From: an uncultured Chloroflexia bacterium
GTDB lineage: Bacteria; Chloroflexota; Anaerolineae; Anaerolineales; Villigracilaceae
Reading direction: 5' to 3'
DNA length: 64,000 nt
NCBI GenBank assembly: GCA_963718215.1
Contig: CAVQYK010000031.1
Location: 396,357-460,356 of the forward strand
The stretch's first letter is position 1, and each line of letters starts with the position of its first letter. Of this stretch, positions 11,327 through 22,538 are shown in pieces. The notes beneath the pieces were generated by a model. It was not told the origin of the DNA. It searched no databases and saw only the letters and a program-made list of their open reading frames with translations. The position numbers and the translations under genes are program-made.

Positions 11327-11424
11327 CCTTGCATTTTTGTTACTTTTTACGATAATAATCGTCCTGAATCTATGTATGACCTTGTTCTGAACGATCCTTT
11401 AGATATTTAATTTTTGGAGACCTT

Positions 11425-14400
11425 ATGAATAACGGAAAAAAACTCGTTCTTTCGTCATTTTTGCTTCTGGCACTCGTCTTTTCATCGTTCAGATCGGTTC
11501 AAACCGTCCATGCCGCGTGCAGCGGGGTCGTGTATGTGAACGCGAATTCAGGCGCATCCAGCCCTGACGGTTGCAGCTGGGCGACTGCCTATCCCAAATT
11601 TCAGGATGCGTTGACCGCCTCCACGGCTGGCGATGAGATCTGGGTGGCGGCTGGGACGTATTATCCCGACGAGGGCGCTGGCCAGACCAACGACAGCCGC
11701 GCCAGCACCTTCCGCCTGAAGAACGGGGTGGCGGTCTATGGCGGGTTTTCCGGGGCCGAAACCGCCCGAAGCCAGCGCAATCCTTCGGTCAATGTGACCG
11801 TGTTGAGCGGTGATATCGGCGCTTTGGGCGTGACCGCCGATAACGCTTATCAAGTGGTGAGTATCATCGGCTCCCTTGCCGATGTGTACGTCCTGGACGG
11901 ATTCACCGTCACTGGCGGCAATTCGAACGGGAGTTCCGGGCACGGGGGCGGCATCTTCATCCAGAATGCCAGTCCCGCCCTCGTCAATCTGACCGTCACG
12001 AACAACCAGGCGAGTGCGAACGGCGCAGGCGTGTATGTAACTTCGCTGGCGTCTATCCGCGCTTCTTACAGCAATCCGTCGCTGACGAATGTTGTGATCA
12101 GCAACAATACGGCCGCGCGCGGCGGCGGTCTGTACACCCAGAACAGCAGTCCGGTGCTCAATAATGTTTCGTTCATCGGCAACACAGCCACGAGCGGGGC
12201 GGGCGGCGGGATGAACAACCAGGTGTTGAACGCGGCCACGGACGAGTACAGCATCCCGCTGTTGGACAAGGTCACCTTCAGCGGCAATTCCGCTCGCGGC
12301 GGCGCCGGGCTGTTCAACAACCACAGTTACCCGCTCCTCACCAATGTCACCTTCAGCGGGAATGTGGCATCCATCCGCGGCGGGGCGGTGCTGAACGAGG
12401 GCGCCAGTCCCACCTTCCGCAACGTCACATTTACAGGCAATTCTGCCCCGGTCGGTACGGGCGGCGCGATCCGCAATGTCATCAACGCCTCGGGCGCATC
12501 CAGCAATCCACAGATCCAAAACAGCATCCTGTGGGGCAACGGCACGGATGAGATCACCAGCGATGGCACCGGTTCCACGACCATTGCGGACAGCATCGTG
12601 CAGGGCGGCTTCAGCGGCGTGAACGTGTTGAACGCGAATCCCCTGCTGGCTCCGCTTGCGAACAACGGCGGCTTCACCCAGACTCACGCGCTGAATGCCG
12701 GGCAGTCCCGCCATCGACGCGGGTGGCGCCAATTCGGCCTGTTCATCCACAGACCAGCGCGGCGTGACCCGTCCGCAGGGAGGCGCATGCGACATGGGTG
12801 CCTACGAGTATGACGGATTTGTCTCATCGACCCCGACATTTACGCCGACGTCTGCCCCCACCTCCACGTTTACATCAACCCCTGTACCGACCAATACCCC
12901 CGCGCCGACGGTCACATCCACGCCGACGCTTGCCCCTTCAGCCACAGCCACCAACACACCCGTAGCTTCCCCGACCTTCACGGCGACCTCTACCGCGGTT
13001 TCCACGTTTACGAACACACCTGTGGCATCCCCAACCTTCACCGCGACTTCCACCGCAGTTCCCACATTTACCAACACGCCGGCGCCGTCACCCACGAATA
13101 CGCCTTCCGGCGCAACGACCATTTACCGCGTGGCGGTCAATGGATCCACCAACGCCTCCTGCGGCACCAGTTGGGCAAATCCCTGTGACTTGCAGTATGC
13201 CCTGAACACTCTTGCAGGTGCGAACAGCGAATTGTGGGTGAAACAAGGCGTGTACCTGCCCGGGAACAACCGCACGTCAACGTTCCAGTTGAAGAACGGG
13301 GTCGCTGTCTACGGCGGTTTCGCAGGGACTGAGACCTCCCGCAGCCAACGCAACGCCGACCCGGCAACCAACAATACCATCCTCAGCGGCGACATTGGCA
13401 CGCCCGGCGCCACCGCGGACAATGTCTACACCGTCGTGACCGTGCTGGGGAACCTCTCCAACACCTTCCTCCTCGACGGGTTCACGATTTCGGGCGGAAA
13501 CTCCAACGGCGGGTCCGGTCATGGCGGCGGTATCTTCATCCAGGATGCCAACCCGGCGTTCGCGAACCTGATCGTCAGCAACAACTCCGCCAGCGCCAAC
13601 GGCGGCGGCGTGTACGTCAAGTCCATCGCCGCACTGCGCGTCAACTACAGCAGCCCAACCTTCACCAATGCGGTCATCAGGAACAATACCGCGGCGCGCG
13701 GCGGCGGGTTCTATACCCAGAACGCCAGCCCGGTCCTGGTCAATGTCACCCTCACCGGGAACATTGCCACGGGCGGCGCGGGCGGCGGCATGAACAACCA
13801 GGTGCTGGACGAGATCGTGGATGAAGTCAGCATCCCGGTCCTCACCAACGTCACCTTCAGCGGCAACACGGCCAACGGCGGCGGCGGCATGTTCAACAAT
13901 AACAGCAACCCAATCCTGACCAACGTCACCTTCAGCGGCAACACCGCCAACATCCGCGGCGGAGCAATGTTGAACGAGGGCGGCAGTCCCGTCCTCCGGA
14001 ACGTCACGGTTACAGGCAATACAGCCCCTTCTGGCACAGGCGGATCCTTCCGCAACATCCTGAACGCGGTTGGCGAGGCGAGCTACCCCCAGATCTATAA
14101 CAGCGTCCTCTGGGATAACGGGACCGAGGAGATCACCGGCGATGGCACCGGCGGGGTCACCATTGTGGACAGTGTCGTCGAGGGCGGATGCCCCGCCGGC
14201 GGGACCTGCACCAACGTTATCAATGCGAATCCCCTGCTTGGATCGCTGGCGAACAACGGCGGTTTCACGCAGACCCACGCCCTGGGCGCGGGCAGTTCCG
14301 CCATTGACGCGGGCGGTGTCAATGCGGCATGCGCCTCCGTGGACCAGCGCGGCGTGACCCGTCCGCAGGGAAGCGCCTGCGACATCGGCTCCTACGAATA

Positions 14401-15376
14401 CAACGGGGCGGCTCCCTCCACGCCGACGCCTGTCCCCACCTCGACATTTACCGCCACCCCTCAGCCTCCCACAGCGACAGCTACACTGCTCCATCGCAGA
14501 CCTTCACCCCTTCACCGACGTTCACTGCCACTGCCGTGGCTACATTTACGCCAACCCGAACACCGACAGCCATCTTTACCCCCACGCGGACGCCGACCAG
14601 CACGTCCACTCCGTACCTGTTGATGTGCTTTACCTGAGTTCCAACTCCAATGGTACGGCAGGTGGCGTATCATTCGCTGATGAGGATGTTCTTTCCTACA
14701 ACACTCCACGCGCGTCTGGACGATGTATTTCGATGGGTCGGATGTGGGGATCACGGGTGATGTGGATGCCTTCCACATCCAGTTTGACGGCTCCCTCCTG
14801 CTCAGCCTCGATGCAGATGGAACCGTGGGAAGCCTCGGCACTGTGGACGACTCGGACATCCTCCGCTTTGTGCCAACCTCGCTGGGCGCGAACACCAGCG
14901 GCACGCTATCCATGTACTTCGATGGCTCGGACGTGGGTCTTTCCACGACCGGCGAGGATGTGGATGCATTTGGATTTGCCCCGGATGGGCGGCTGGTCTT
15001 CAGCACCATCGACAGCTTCAGTGTGACCGGTGTCTCCGGCAATGATGAAGACCTGATCGCTTTCACCCCAACCACGCTCGGCGCGAATACGAGCGGCACA
15101 TGGTCGCTTTATTTCGACGGATCAGACGTCGGGTTGAATGATGCGGCGAACGAAGAGATCAACGCCGTCTGGATCGAGCCTGGCACGGGTCGCATCTATC
15201 TCAGCACCCTGGGCAATTTCTCGGTCACCGGGCTGAGCGGCACGGGGTCGGATGTCTTCATCTGCGCGCCCGGCTCCCTCGGTAGTGTCACGACCTGCAC
15301 CTACTCCTCCTACTGGATCGGAGCCTCGAACGGCTTCTCCGGCGAGATCGTGGATTCTCTGGTGATTGTCCGCTGA
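11425..15376 (+). CDS. Secreted surface protein: signal peptide, two right-handed beta-helix/choice-of-anchor-Q modules, Pro/Thr linkers, C-terminal FDGSDVG-repeat domain (frameshifts ~12700, 14490, 14625, 14710)
   Basis: N-terminal KK-hydrophobic-VHA; NVTFSGN.A..GGG repeats; NPLL..LANNGGFTQTHAL..GS.AIDAG..DQRG..RPQG..CD.G.YE twice; SD GGAG upstream. Confidence 0.8.
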
Positions 15377-15575
15377 CGCGTCCTCGCGTCGCCTCCGGAT
15401 CCGCTTTGGGCTGGTCCTTCCACACGAGCCTTCGGTAACTTCCGGTGCTATTTCCCGTCCGGTTGTTGTAAAATGTATTCGCCGGCCTTTGAAAGTTGTT
15501 CCAGTTTGAATAGATACAATGAACGTTGATTTCCACCTGAAAATATTCTCGGTTGACCGCAGGGTATCCATAAGT

Positions 15576-16952
15576 ATGAAATGGATCCAGTATGCGATCA
15601 TACTGGCTGTTGTACTGGTCAGTGTTGCCGCCGCGTACTGGGGTTCGAGAACGATCCTGATCGTCCTGGTCGGCGCGGTGGTGGGAATTGCCGGTTTCCT
15701 TGCCCTTTTGCATTACCCGAACCTGGGATTTATCCTGCTCTTCCTGGGCGGCATGTTCGTGCCTTTTGCGGGACCAGGCGGGTTCAACGCCTCCATCCTG
15801 ACCGTGGTCTTGATGATCGTTCTCTGGCTCATGGATATGTTCGTTGTCAAACGCCAGTTCACTTTCGTCAAATCGCGCCCCATCCGCCCGGCGTTCTATC
15901 TGCTTCTGGTGTCCATTGTTGCCTTTGCAATGGGGCAGATCCCCTGGTTTGTGTTCGCCAATCAGGCTCCCATCGACGCGCAGATCGGCGGTTTTGCCAT
16001 CTATTTCTTCCTTGTGCTCGCCATGATCATGACTGCCAACGTCATTCGCGAGATCAAATGGCTCAAGACCATTGTCTGGACCTTCATCGGCCTGGGATTT
16101 ATTTATGTTCTCGGGCGGACCCTTCATGTACCCTTTATTGACACCCTGTATGCGCGCGGTGTATACGCCAACAGCATGTTTTGGATGTGGCTGGTTGCCC
16201 TGCCATTGAGCCAGGCAATTTACAACAATCATCTCAATTTACGAACCCGCATCCTGTTGTATGGGATCGTGGCGTTGACATTCTACGTCTCTCTCGTCCA
16301 GCAGAACGACTGGAAATCCGGCTGGGTCCCCTCGGCGGTGGTGGCGGCGGCCCTGGTGGGATGGAAATTTAGAAAAGTAATCCCCTTTACGATACCGTTC
16401 GTAGTGATGGTGATCGCGTACCTGGCGCAGGACCTGATCTCCACTGACGAGTACAGTTGGGGGACGCGCGTGGACGCCTGGCTGGTGGTGCTGGACATCA
16501 GCCGCGTCAGCCCGATCATCGGGCTGGGTTTTTCGAACTATTATTGGTATGCGAAAATATTCTCCATCCGCGGATATTCCATTAAGTTCAACTCACACAG
16601 CCAGTTCGTGGATATCATTGCCCAGACGGGTATTCTGGGGCTGGCGTGCTTCATGTGGATCCTGTATGAGATCGGACGGCTTGCATACGAGTTAATGGGC
16701 CGATTGCCCGAGGGGTTCGCCAAGGCGTATGCCCATGGCGTTTTTGCCGGCGTTTTGGGCTCATTGATGGCGGCATTTCTGGTGGATTGGCTGTTACCTT
16801 TTGCATACAATATCGGTCTTGATGGTGTGCGGGCGAGCATCCTGCCCTGGATATTTTTTGGCGGTTTGATCAGCATCGAGCAGATCTACAAGGCGGATCA
16901 AGGAACAGGTCCCGTCAATCTCAGGGAACGTAAGTTGAGTCCCGTGGAATAA
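15576..16952 (+). CDS. O-antigen ligase/Wzy_C family membrane protein (possible oligosaccharyltransferase or polymerase)
   Basis: Multi-TM; R..AW, PIIGLG..NY and SHSQFVDIIAQTGILG Wzy_C motif. Confidence 0.85.
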   Translation: MKWIQYAIILAVVLVSVAAAYWGSRTILIVLVGAVVGIAGFLALLHYPNLGFILLFLGGMFVPFAGPGGFNASILTVVLMIVLWLMDMFVVKRQFTFVKSRPIRPAFYLLLVSIVAFAMGQIPWFVFANQAPIDAQIGGFAIYFFLVLAMIMTANVIREIKWLKTIVWTFIGLGFIYVLGRTLHVPFIDTLYARGVYANSMFWMWLVALPLSQAIYNNHLNLRTRILLYGIVALTFYVSLVQQNDWKSGWVPSAVVAAALVGWKFRKVIPFTIPFVVMVIAYLAQDLISTDEYSWGTRVDAWLVVLDISRVSPIIGLGFSNYYWYAKIFSIRGYSIKFNSHSQFVDIIAQTGILGLACFMWILYEIGRLAYELMGRLPEGFAKAYAHGVFAGVLGSLMAAFLVDWLLPFAYNIGLDGVRASILPWIFFGGLISIEQIYKADQGTGPVNLRERKLSPVE

Positions 16953-16976
16953 AAATTCAATTCAGAGAGAGGTCGT

Positions 16977-17729
16977 ATGGAGGAGTTAATCGGTTTGATC
17001 CCCGCGGCGGGGAAGGGTGTTCGCCTGGGTTTGCCTTATCCCAAGGAGTTGTACCCGGTCATTCGCAACAACCACTACAAACCCATTTCGCAATTCGTGG
17101 TGGATAACCTGACAAATGCAGGCTTGAAGCAGATTGTCTTTGTTGTCAATGAGACCAAGCACCAGTTGATGGGATATTTCGGAAGCGGGATGCGCTTCGG
17201 GTGTGACATCAGTTACGTGGTGCAGGAAGTGGTGGAGGGAAAGACAAAATCCACGTCGCCCGGGCTGGCGCACGCGTTGGATGCTGCCTATCATCTTGTC
17301 AAGGGGAAGACCGTCTTCTTTGGTATGGCGGATACCTTGATGAAGCCCGGTGATATTTTCAAACGGGTTTACGAAGCCGCATCGCCCGATGACGATGTGC
17401 TTTTTGGCATGTTTACCACGGAGCGCCCTGAGAAGTTTGGCATGGTGAAAATGGACGGTGACGGCCGCGTCCTTGAGATCATAGACAAGCCGAAGCAGAC
17501 CGACCTGACCGAGATGTGGGGCTGCATTGTCTGGCGCCCGAAGTTCACTGAATATTTGCACAAATGCGTATTTGAAGAAGGCATCTCCGATTTCGCGAAG
17601 ATCATGAACGATGCGATTGCGTTGGGGATGAAGTTCAAAGGTGTCCATATGAAACACGGCACCTACATTGACCTGGGTACCTACGAAGAGATCGCAGACC
17701 TGGATCGAAAATATCGGGGCGAGGAATAG
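16977..17729 (+). CDS. Sugar-1-phosphate nucleotidyltransferase (NTP_transferase family)
   Basis: LIPAAGKGVRL..PKEL, GLAHAL, IIDKP, YIDLGT. Confidence 0.85.
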   Translation: MEELIGLIPAAGKGVRLGLPYPKELYPVIRNNHYKPISQFVVDNLTNAGLKQIVFVVNETKHQLMGYFGSGMRFGCDISYVVQEVVEGKTKSTSPGLAHALDAAYHLVKGKTVFFGMADTLMKPGDIFKRVYEAASPDDDVLFGMFTTERPEKFGMVKMDGDGRVLEIIDKPKQTDLTEMWGCIVWRPKFTEYLHKCVFEEGISDFAKIMNDAIALGMKFKGVHMKHGTYIDLGTYEEIADLDRKYRGEE

Positions 17730-18688
17730 ATGTCAGTAACAGCGACTCAGGCCGAAGGTCCAGAAAAGAAGCGATGAATCGGTCGTGGATATGTCCATTG
17801 TGCTGGTGTGCTGGAATAACAAGGCGTATCTCGATCCGTGTTTGAAATCCCTGTATGAAAGCGGGTTGAAGAGTTCGTTCGATGTGGTCGTGGTGGACAA
17901 CGGCTCGACGGACGGCAGTCAGCAGATGCTGGCGGAGAAATATCCGCAGGTGATGTTAATCCAGAACGCAGGGAATGTGGGGTTGGGCAAGGCGAGCAAC
18001 CAGGGCATCGATGCGACGAAAGGCCGTCATGTGTTGCTGTTGAACAACGACACGCTCGTGAACGGACCTGCGCTGGATGTGTTGGTCGAATACCTGGATG
18101 CTCATCCCGAGGCGGGTGCGACGGCAGGCAAGCTGCTGAACCCTGACGGTTCGTTCCAGTCCGGTTTTGCGCCTTTCTCGACGCCTGCTGGAAGAGTTCT
18201 TGATCGTAACGCACATCGGTGAACTGTTGTGGCCGGGGTATCCATCTCACGGTGACTCGAACGAGATCAAGGAAACGGGCTGGATGAGTTCGGCATGCCT
18301 GTTGGTGCGCCGCGCCGCGTTGGACCAGATCGGCCTGCTCGATGAGAGTTACTTCATCTACGGCGATGAGGCGGACTTGCAATACCGCCTGAACAAGGCC
18401 GGCTGGAAGGTTGTCTTCCTGCCAAATTCCTCGATCATTCATTTCGGCGGCCGCAGCATGGACCGTTGGAAGCGGCGCAAGATGGTTTATCGCGGCAAGA
18501 TGATGTTCTACAAGAAGAACTATGGATTCCTGAGTACGTTCCTCCTGCGGACGATGTTCTTCCTGATGAGCCTGTTGAAACTGCTGGTGTGGTGCGCGGG
18601 ATATTTCATTCCCAGCCGCAAAGACCAGGCGAAAAAGGAATTGCGTTCGAACCTGGACGTGATGGGTTTATGCCTTAATTTGAAGTAG
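17730..18688 (+). CDS. GT2 glycosyltransferase (WbbL-like), frameshifted
   Basis: VVDNGSTDGS, LLLNND, GLLDESYFIYGDEADLQYRL, IIHFGGRS. Confidence 0.85.
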
Positions 18689-18784
18689 AATAGCGCTCGG
18701 CCTTGCACTTCTCGCCACAGATGTCATGGATATTTGGACCAGCGATCTCTGTGGCGGAATTTTTGTTAATTGTGAGAGAGTAAA

Positions 18785-20014
18785 GTGGCAAAGATACTTT
18801 TCCTGACGCAGATCGTTCCCTTCCCGCCCGATGCGGGACCCAAAGTGAAGACCTATCATGTCATCCGTGCCCTGGCCGGGCAGGGACATTCTGTAACCCT
18901 TGTGTCGTTTGTTCGTCCAGAAGAAGTGCGGCACATACCCGCACTGCGGGAGATATGTGACGCAGTGCATGAAGTGCCGATCCACAGGTCGCGCGTTGCA
19001 GATGTCGGATATATGATCCGAAGTTATCTGACAAATCGTCCCTTCCTGATCGAACGCGATGACCTTCACCCCATGCAGGAAATGGTCAATCAATTGGTGC
19101 GGGAGGATGATTTCCAGTTCATCCATGCCGACCAGTTGACGATGGTGCAGTTCGCGCTCAGAGGGGCTTCTGCGTTCCCGGGCAAGAAGCCGAAGGTCAT
19201 CTTTGATGCGCACAACGCGGTCTGGACCATCGTGGAGCGGATGAAGGAAAACGCTCGTTTCTTCCTGAAGCCGGTCCTGGCTGTCGAAGCGAGGCGCGTC
19301 AAGCAGTATGAAGGTGAATTGTTGCGGACGGTGGATCACGTCCTGGCTGTAACCGATATCGACCGAAACCTTCTTGAAGAAGCAATGCACTTTTCAAAAC
19401 CAGAAAAAAGCGACCGTGTTTCGCCCATCACGGTTATTCCCATAGCTGTGGACACGCAGAAACTGCAACCGGTCAATCGCAAGGTCGGCTCGAAGAACAT
19501 CGTCACGCTTGGCACACTGCACTATCCGCCCAACGCGGACGGCATCCGCTGGTTCTTCAACGAAGTGTTCCCGCTGGTGCGGGAGCAGGTGCCCAATGCC
19601 ACGTTGACCATCATAGGCAAGAACCCGCCGCAGGACTTCATTGAACTGGCGGAACGCAATCCCGGCGTCATCAAGGTGACAGGCTATGTGGACGATCTTC
19701 GTCCGTACCTGGAAGAGAGCGCCTTGATGGTGGTGCCGGTGCGGGCAGGCGGCGGGATGCGGGTGCGCATCCTGGAAGCGTTCGCGTATGCGATGCCAGT
19801 GGTCACGACCACTGTCGGTTTGGAGGGCATCCACGGAACGCCGGACCACGACGTCATTGTGGCGGATACGCCTGCTGATTTTGCAAACCGCACCGCCGAA
19901 CTTCTGGAAAACGCTTCACTGCAGGAAAAACTCGCGACCAACGGAAGAGAACTGGCAACAAACAAGTACGACTGGCAGGCTGTCCTGGCTGCCATGAGAC
20001 CGATCTATGAGTAG
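18785..20014 (+). CDS. GT4 glycosyltransferase
   Basis: ILFLTQIVPFPPDAGPK; GGGMRVRILEAFAYAMPVV. Confidence 0.9.
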   Translation: MAKILFLTQIVPFPPDAGPKVKTYHVIRALAGQGHSVTLVSFVRPEEVRHIPALREICDAVHEVPIHRSRVADVGYMIRSYLTNRPFLIERDDLHPMQEMVNQLVREDDFQFIHADQLTMVQFALRGASAFPGKKPKVIFDAHNAVWTIVERMKENARFFLKPVLAVEARRVKQYEGELLRTVDHVLAVTDIDRNLLEEAMHFSKPEKSDRVSPITVIPIAVDTQKLQPVNRKVGSKNIVTLGTLHYPPNADGIRWFFNEVFPLVREQVPNATLTIIGKNPPQDFIELAERNPGVIKVTGYVDDLRPYLEESALMVVPVRAGGGMRVRILEAFAYAMPVVTTTVGLEGIHGTPDHDVIVADTPADFANRTAELLENASLQEKLATNGRELATNKYDWQAVLAAMRPIYE

Positions 20015-21356
20015 AGAGAATCAGACCAACCGGAGACCCATCTTGAATCGCATCAAGGAGCAACCCTTGACCGCGATCATTTTTGTTTCCATGCTGTTGC
20101 GGGTCGCGGTTGCGATCTACATGGGGAACGAGGTGGTGGAACTGCCCGGCATCTTCGACCAGGTCTCTTATCACAACCTCGCCTTGCGTGTTCTTGGCGG
20201 TCATGGGTTTACTTTCGGCGAGATGTGGTGGCCCATCACGGGCGCTGGCGAACCCACGGCGCATTGGTCCTTTCCGTACACGCTGTATCTGGTCGGCACA
20301 TACGCCCTCTTCGGCGTCTATCCCGTTGCGGCGCGCATCCTGCAAGCCATCATCGTCGGCCTCCTGCATCCGTACATCACCTACCGCATCGGCGAAAAAA
20401 CCTTCGGCAAAACCATCGGTCTCATTGCCGCGGCGGTCGTGTCCATCTACATCTATTTCTTCTACTACGGCGCGGCGCTCATGACCGAACCGTTCTACAT
20501 CACGTCCATTTTGTTCAGCCTGTTCTTCGCCATGCAATTGGCGGATAACACCGACAAAAAACAGGACATCAAACTTGGTCTCGCGCTCGGGATCTCCATC
20601 GGACTCACGGTCATTCTGCGGCAGGTCTTCCTGCTCTTCCTCCCGTTCCTGTTCCTCTGGATCTGGATCGCCCGCTTCAGACTGACCCGTAAACTGCCTC
20701 TGCTTCCAACAGCTTTATCCTTCCTTCTGCTCTTTTCCTTCATCCTGCCAATCACGTTCTTCAACTACTCACGCTTCCATCGCTTTGTCCTGCTCAACAC
20801 CAACTCTGGATATGCCTTCTTCTGGGGCAACAATCCCATCTATGGGACGAAGTTCATCCCGATCCTTTCGACTCCGGAATATCAAGCCATGATCCCCGAA
20901 GAGGTCCGTCACTTGGACGAAGCGGCTCTCGATAGTGAACTGCTCCGGCGCGGGATCCAGTTCGTGGTCCAGGACCCGACACGTTACATCCTGTTGTCGT
21001 TGAGCCGCATCCCGCCGTATTTCATGTTCTGGTACTCGCCCGACTCCAGCACGTTGAGCAACATCTCGCGCATCGGAAGTTTCGGGGTCTTCCTGCCGTT
21101 CATGCTGTATGGATTGTTCCTCGGCATCAAGAGGTCGTCCTCGTTCATGAATCTGCTCGTCTCCCCGCAGGGACTTCTGATCCTGTTCGCGCTGGTCTAT
21201 TCGGGAGTCCACATCCTCACATGGACGTTGATCCGCTACCGCCTGCCGGTGGATGCGGTCTTGATCCCCTTTGCCGGGCTGGCATTGTACGACGTTGCCG
21301 GGCGGCTCTCTGTGAAGTTTCCCGTCGTTCAGAGACTTATCAAGGTTGGAGAATAA
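20007..21356 (+). CDS. GT-C membrane glycosyltransferase (ArnT/PMT_2, GT39/GT83-like)
   Basis: Multi-TM; DQ.SY..LA, PYTLYL, LMTEP, GNNP, RYRLP motifs. Confidence 0.8.
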   Translation: MSRENQTNRRPILNRIKEQPLTAIIFVSMLLRVAVAIYMGNEVVELPGIFDQVSYHNLALRVLGGHGFTFGEMWWPITGAGEPTAHWSFPYTLYLVGTYALFGVYPVAARILQAIIVGLLHPYITYRIGEKTFGKTIGLIAAAVVSIYIYFFYYGAALMTEPFYITSILFSLFFAMQLADNTDKKQDIKLGLALGISIGLTVILRQVFLLFLPFLFLWIWIARFRLTRKLPLLPTALSFLLLFSFILPITFFNYSRFHRFVLLNTNSGYAFFWGNNPIYGTKFIPILSTPEYQAMIPEEVRHLDEAALDSELLRRGIQFVVQDPTRYILLSLSRIPPYFMFWYSPDSSTLSNISRIGSFGVFLPFMLYGLFLGIKRSSSFMNLLVSPQGLLILFALVYSGVHILTWTLIRYRLPVDAVLIPFAGLALYDVAGRLSVKFPVVQRLIKVGE

Positions 21357-21357
21357 C

Positions 21358-22536
21358 ATGGAAAAAATCAATCGCATGATCGTGATCGTACTGGATGGTG
21401 TCGGCGCGGGCGAAGCACCCGATGCCGCAGCGTACGGCGATGTGGGCAGCAACTCGCTCGGCAATGTGGCGCGTGTCATCGGCGGGCTGAAGACGCCGAA
21501 CATGTATGAACTTGGCTTGGGCAACATCACGTCCATTCTGGGTGTGCCGGAGAACCCGAATGCCAAGGGCGCGTTTGGCAGGTTCCAGCCGCAATCCGCG
21601 GGCAAGGACACGGTCATCGGTCACTGGGAAATGATGGGCGTTTACCTGCCTGTTGCCTTCCCAACCTATCCCAATGGCTTCCCGCCTGCCGTGCTGGACC
21701 CGTTCTGCAAGGCGATCGGGCGAGGTGTGCTTGGCAATAAACCTGCCTCAGGCACAGAGATACTTGTGGAACTCGGCATGGAACACATGCAGACCGGCAA
21801 CCCCATCGTGTACACCTCCGCGGACAGTGTCTTTCAGATCGCGGCGCACGAGGAAGTGATCCCTTTGCCGGAGTTGTACAAGATGTGCGAGATCGCGCGT
21901 GACATTTTGCAGGGTGAACATGGTGCTGGGCGTGTGATCGCACGTCCGTTCATTGGCGACTCACCGGAAAACTTCAAACGCACTACGCACCGCAAGGATT
22001 ATCCGCGCAACCCGGCCTACCCGACCATGATGCAGAAACTGGTGGATGCGGGCAAGGATGTGTACTCCGTCGGCAAGATCGATGACATCTTCAACCATCA
22101 GGGCATCACAAAGAAGAACCATGTGCTGACCAATGTGGAGAGTCTCGATGTCACGCTCAAATTGCTGGAAGAGGATTTCGAAGGTTTGATGTTCGTCAAC
22201 CTGATCGAGTTCGACATGATCTACGGTCATCGCAACGACCCGCGCGGTTACGCCAATGCACTTGAAGAATTCGACAGCTACGTCCCCGAGATCCAGAAAC
22301 GCCTCAAACCCGGCGACCTGGTCATTGTGACCGGCGATCACGGCGTGGACCCCACAACGCCCGGCACCGACCACTCGCGCGAGTATGTGCCCCTGCTGGC
22401 GTTCGGACCGAACATCAAACACGGCGTCAACCTCGGCGACCGCGGAAGCCTGGGCGACATCGCAGGCACATTGGCGGAGATGTTCTCGCTTGAACCGCAG
22501 CCCATCGGCAAAAGCTTCCTCAAGGAAATTATTTAA
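21358..22536 (+). CDS. deoB: Phosphopentomutase
   Basis: LDGVGAGEAPDA, GKDT..GHWE, YTSADSVFQIAAHE, GRVIARPF, YGHRND, GDHG.DPT, DHSREYVP. Confidence 0.92.
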   Translation: MEKINRMIVIVLDGVGAGEAPDAAAYGDVGSNSLGNVARVIGGLKTPNMYELGLGNITSILGVPENPNAKGAFGRFQPQSAGKDTVIGHWEMMGVYLPVAFPTYPNGFPPAVLDPFCKAIGRGVLGNKPASGTEILVELGMEHMQTGNPIVYTSADSVFQIAAHEEVIPLPELYKMCEIARDILQGEHGAGRVIARPFIGDSPENFKRTTHRKDYPRNPAYPTMMQKLVDAGKDVYSVGKIDDIFNHQGITKKNHVLTNVESLDVTLKLLEEDFEGLMFVNLIEFDMIYGHRNDPRGYANALEEFDSYVPEIQKRLKPGDLVIVTGDHGVDPTTPGTDHSREYVPLLAFGPNIKHGVNLGDRGSLGDIAGTLAEMFSLEPQPIGKSFLKEII

Positions 22537-22538
22537 TT

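Noticed and set aside
18713-18765. Intergenic hairpin CGCCACAGA..TCTGTGGCG as an ncRNA
   Set aside because: Single copy, 9-bp stem with a long loop; at most a weak terminator or stability element
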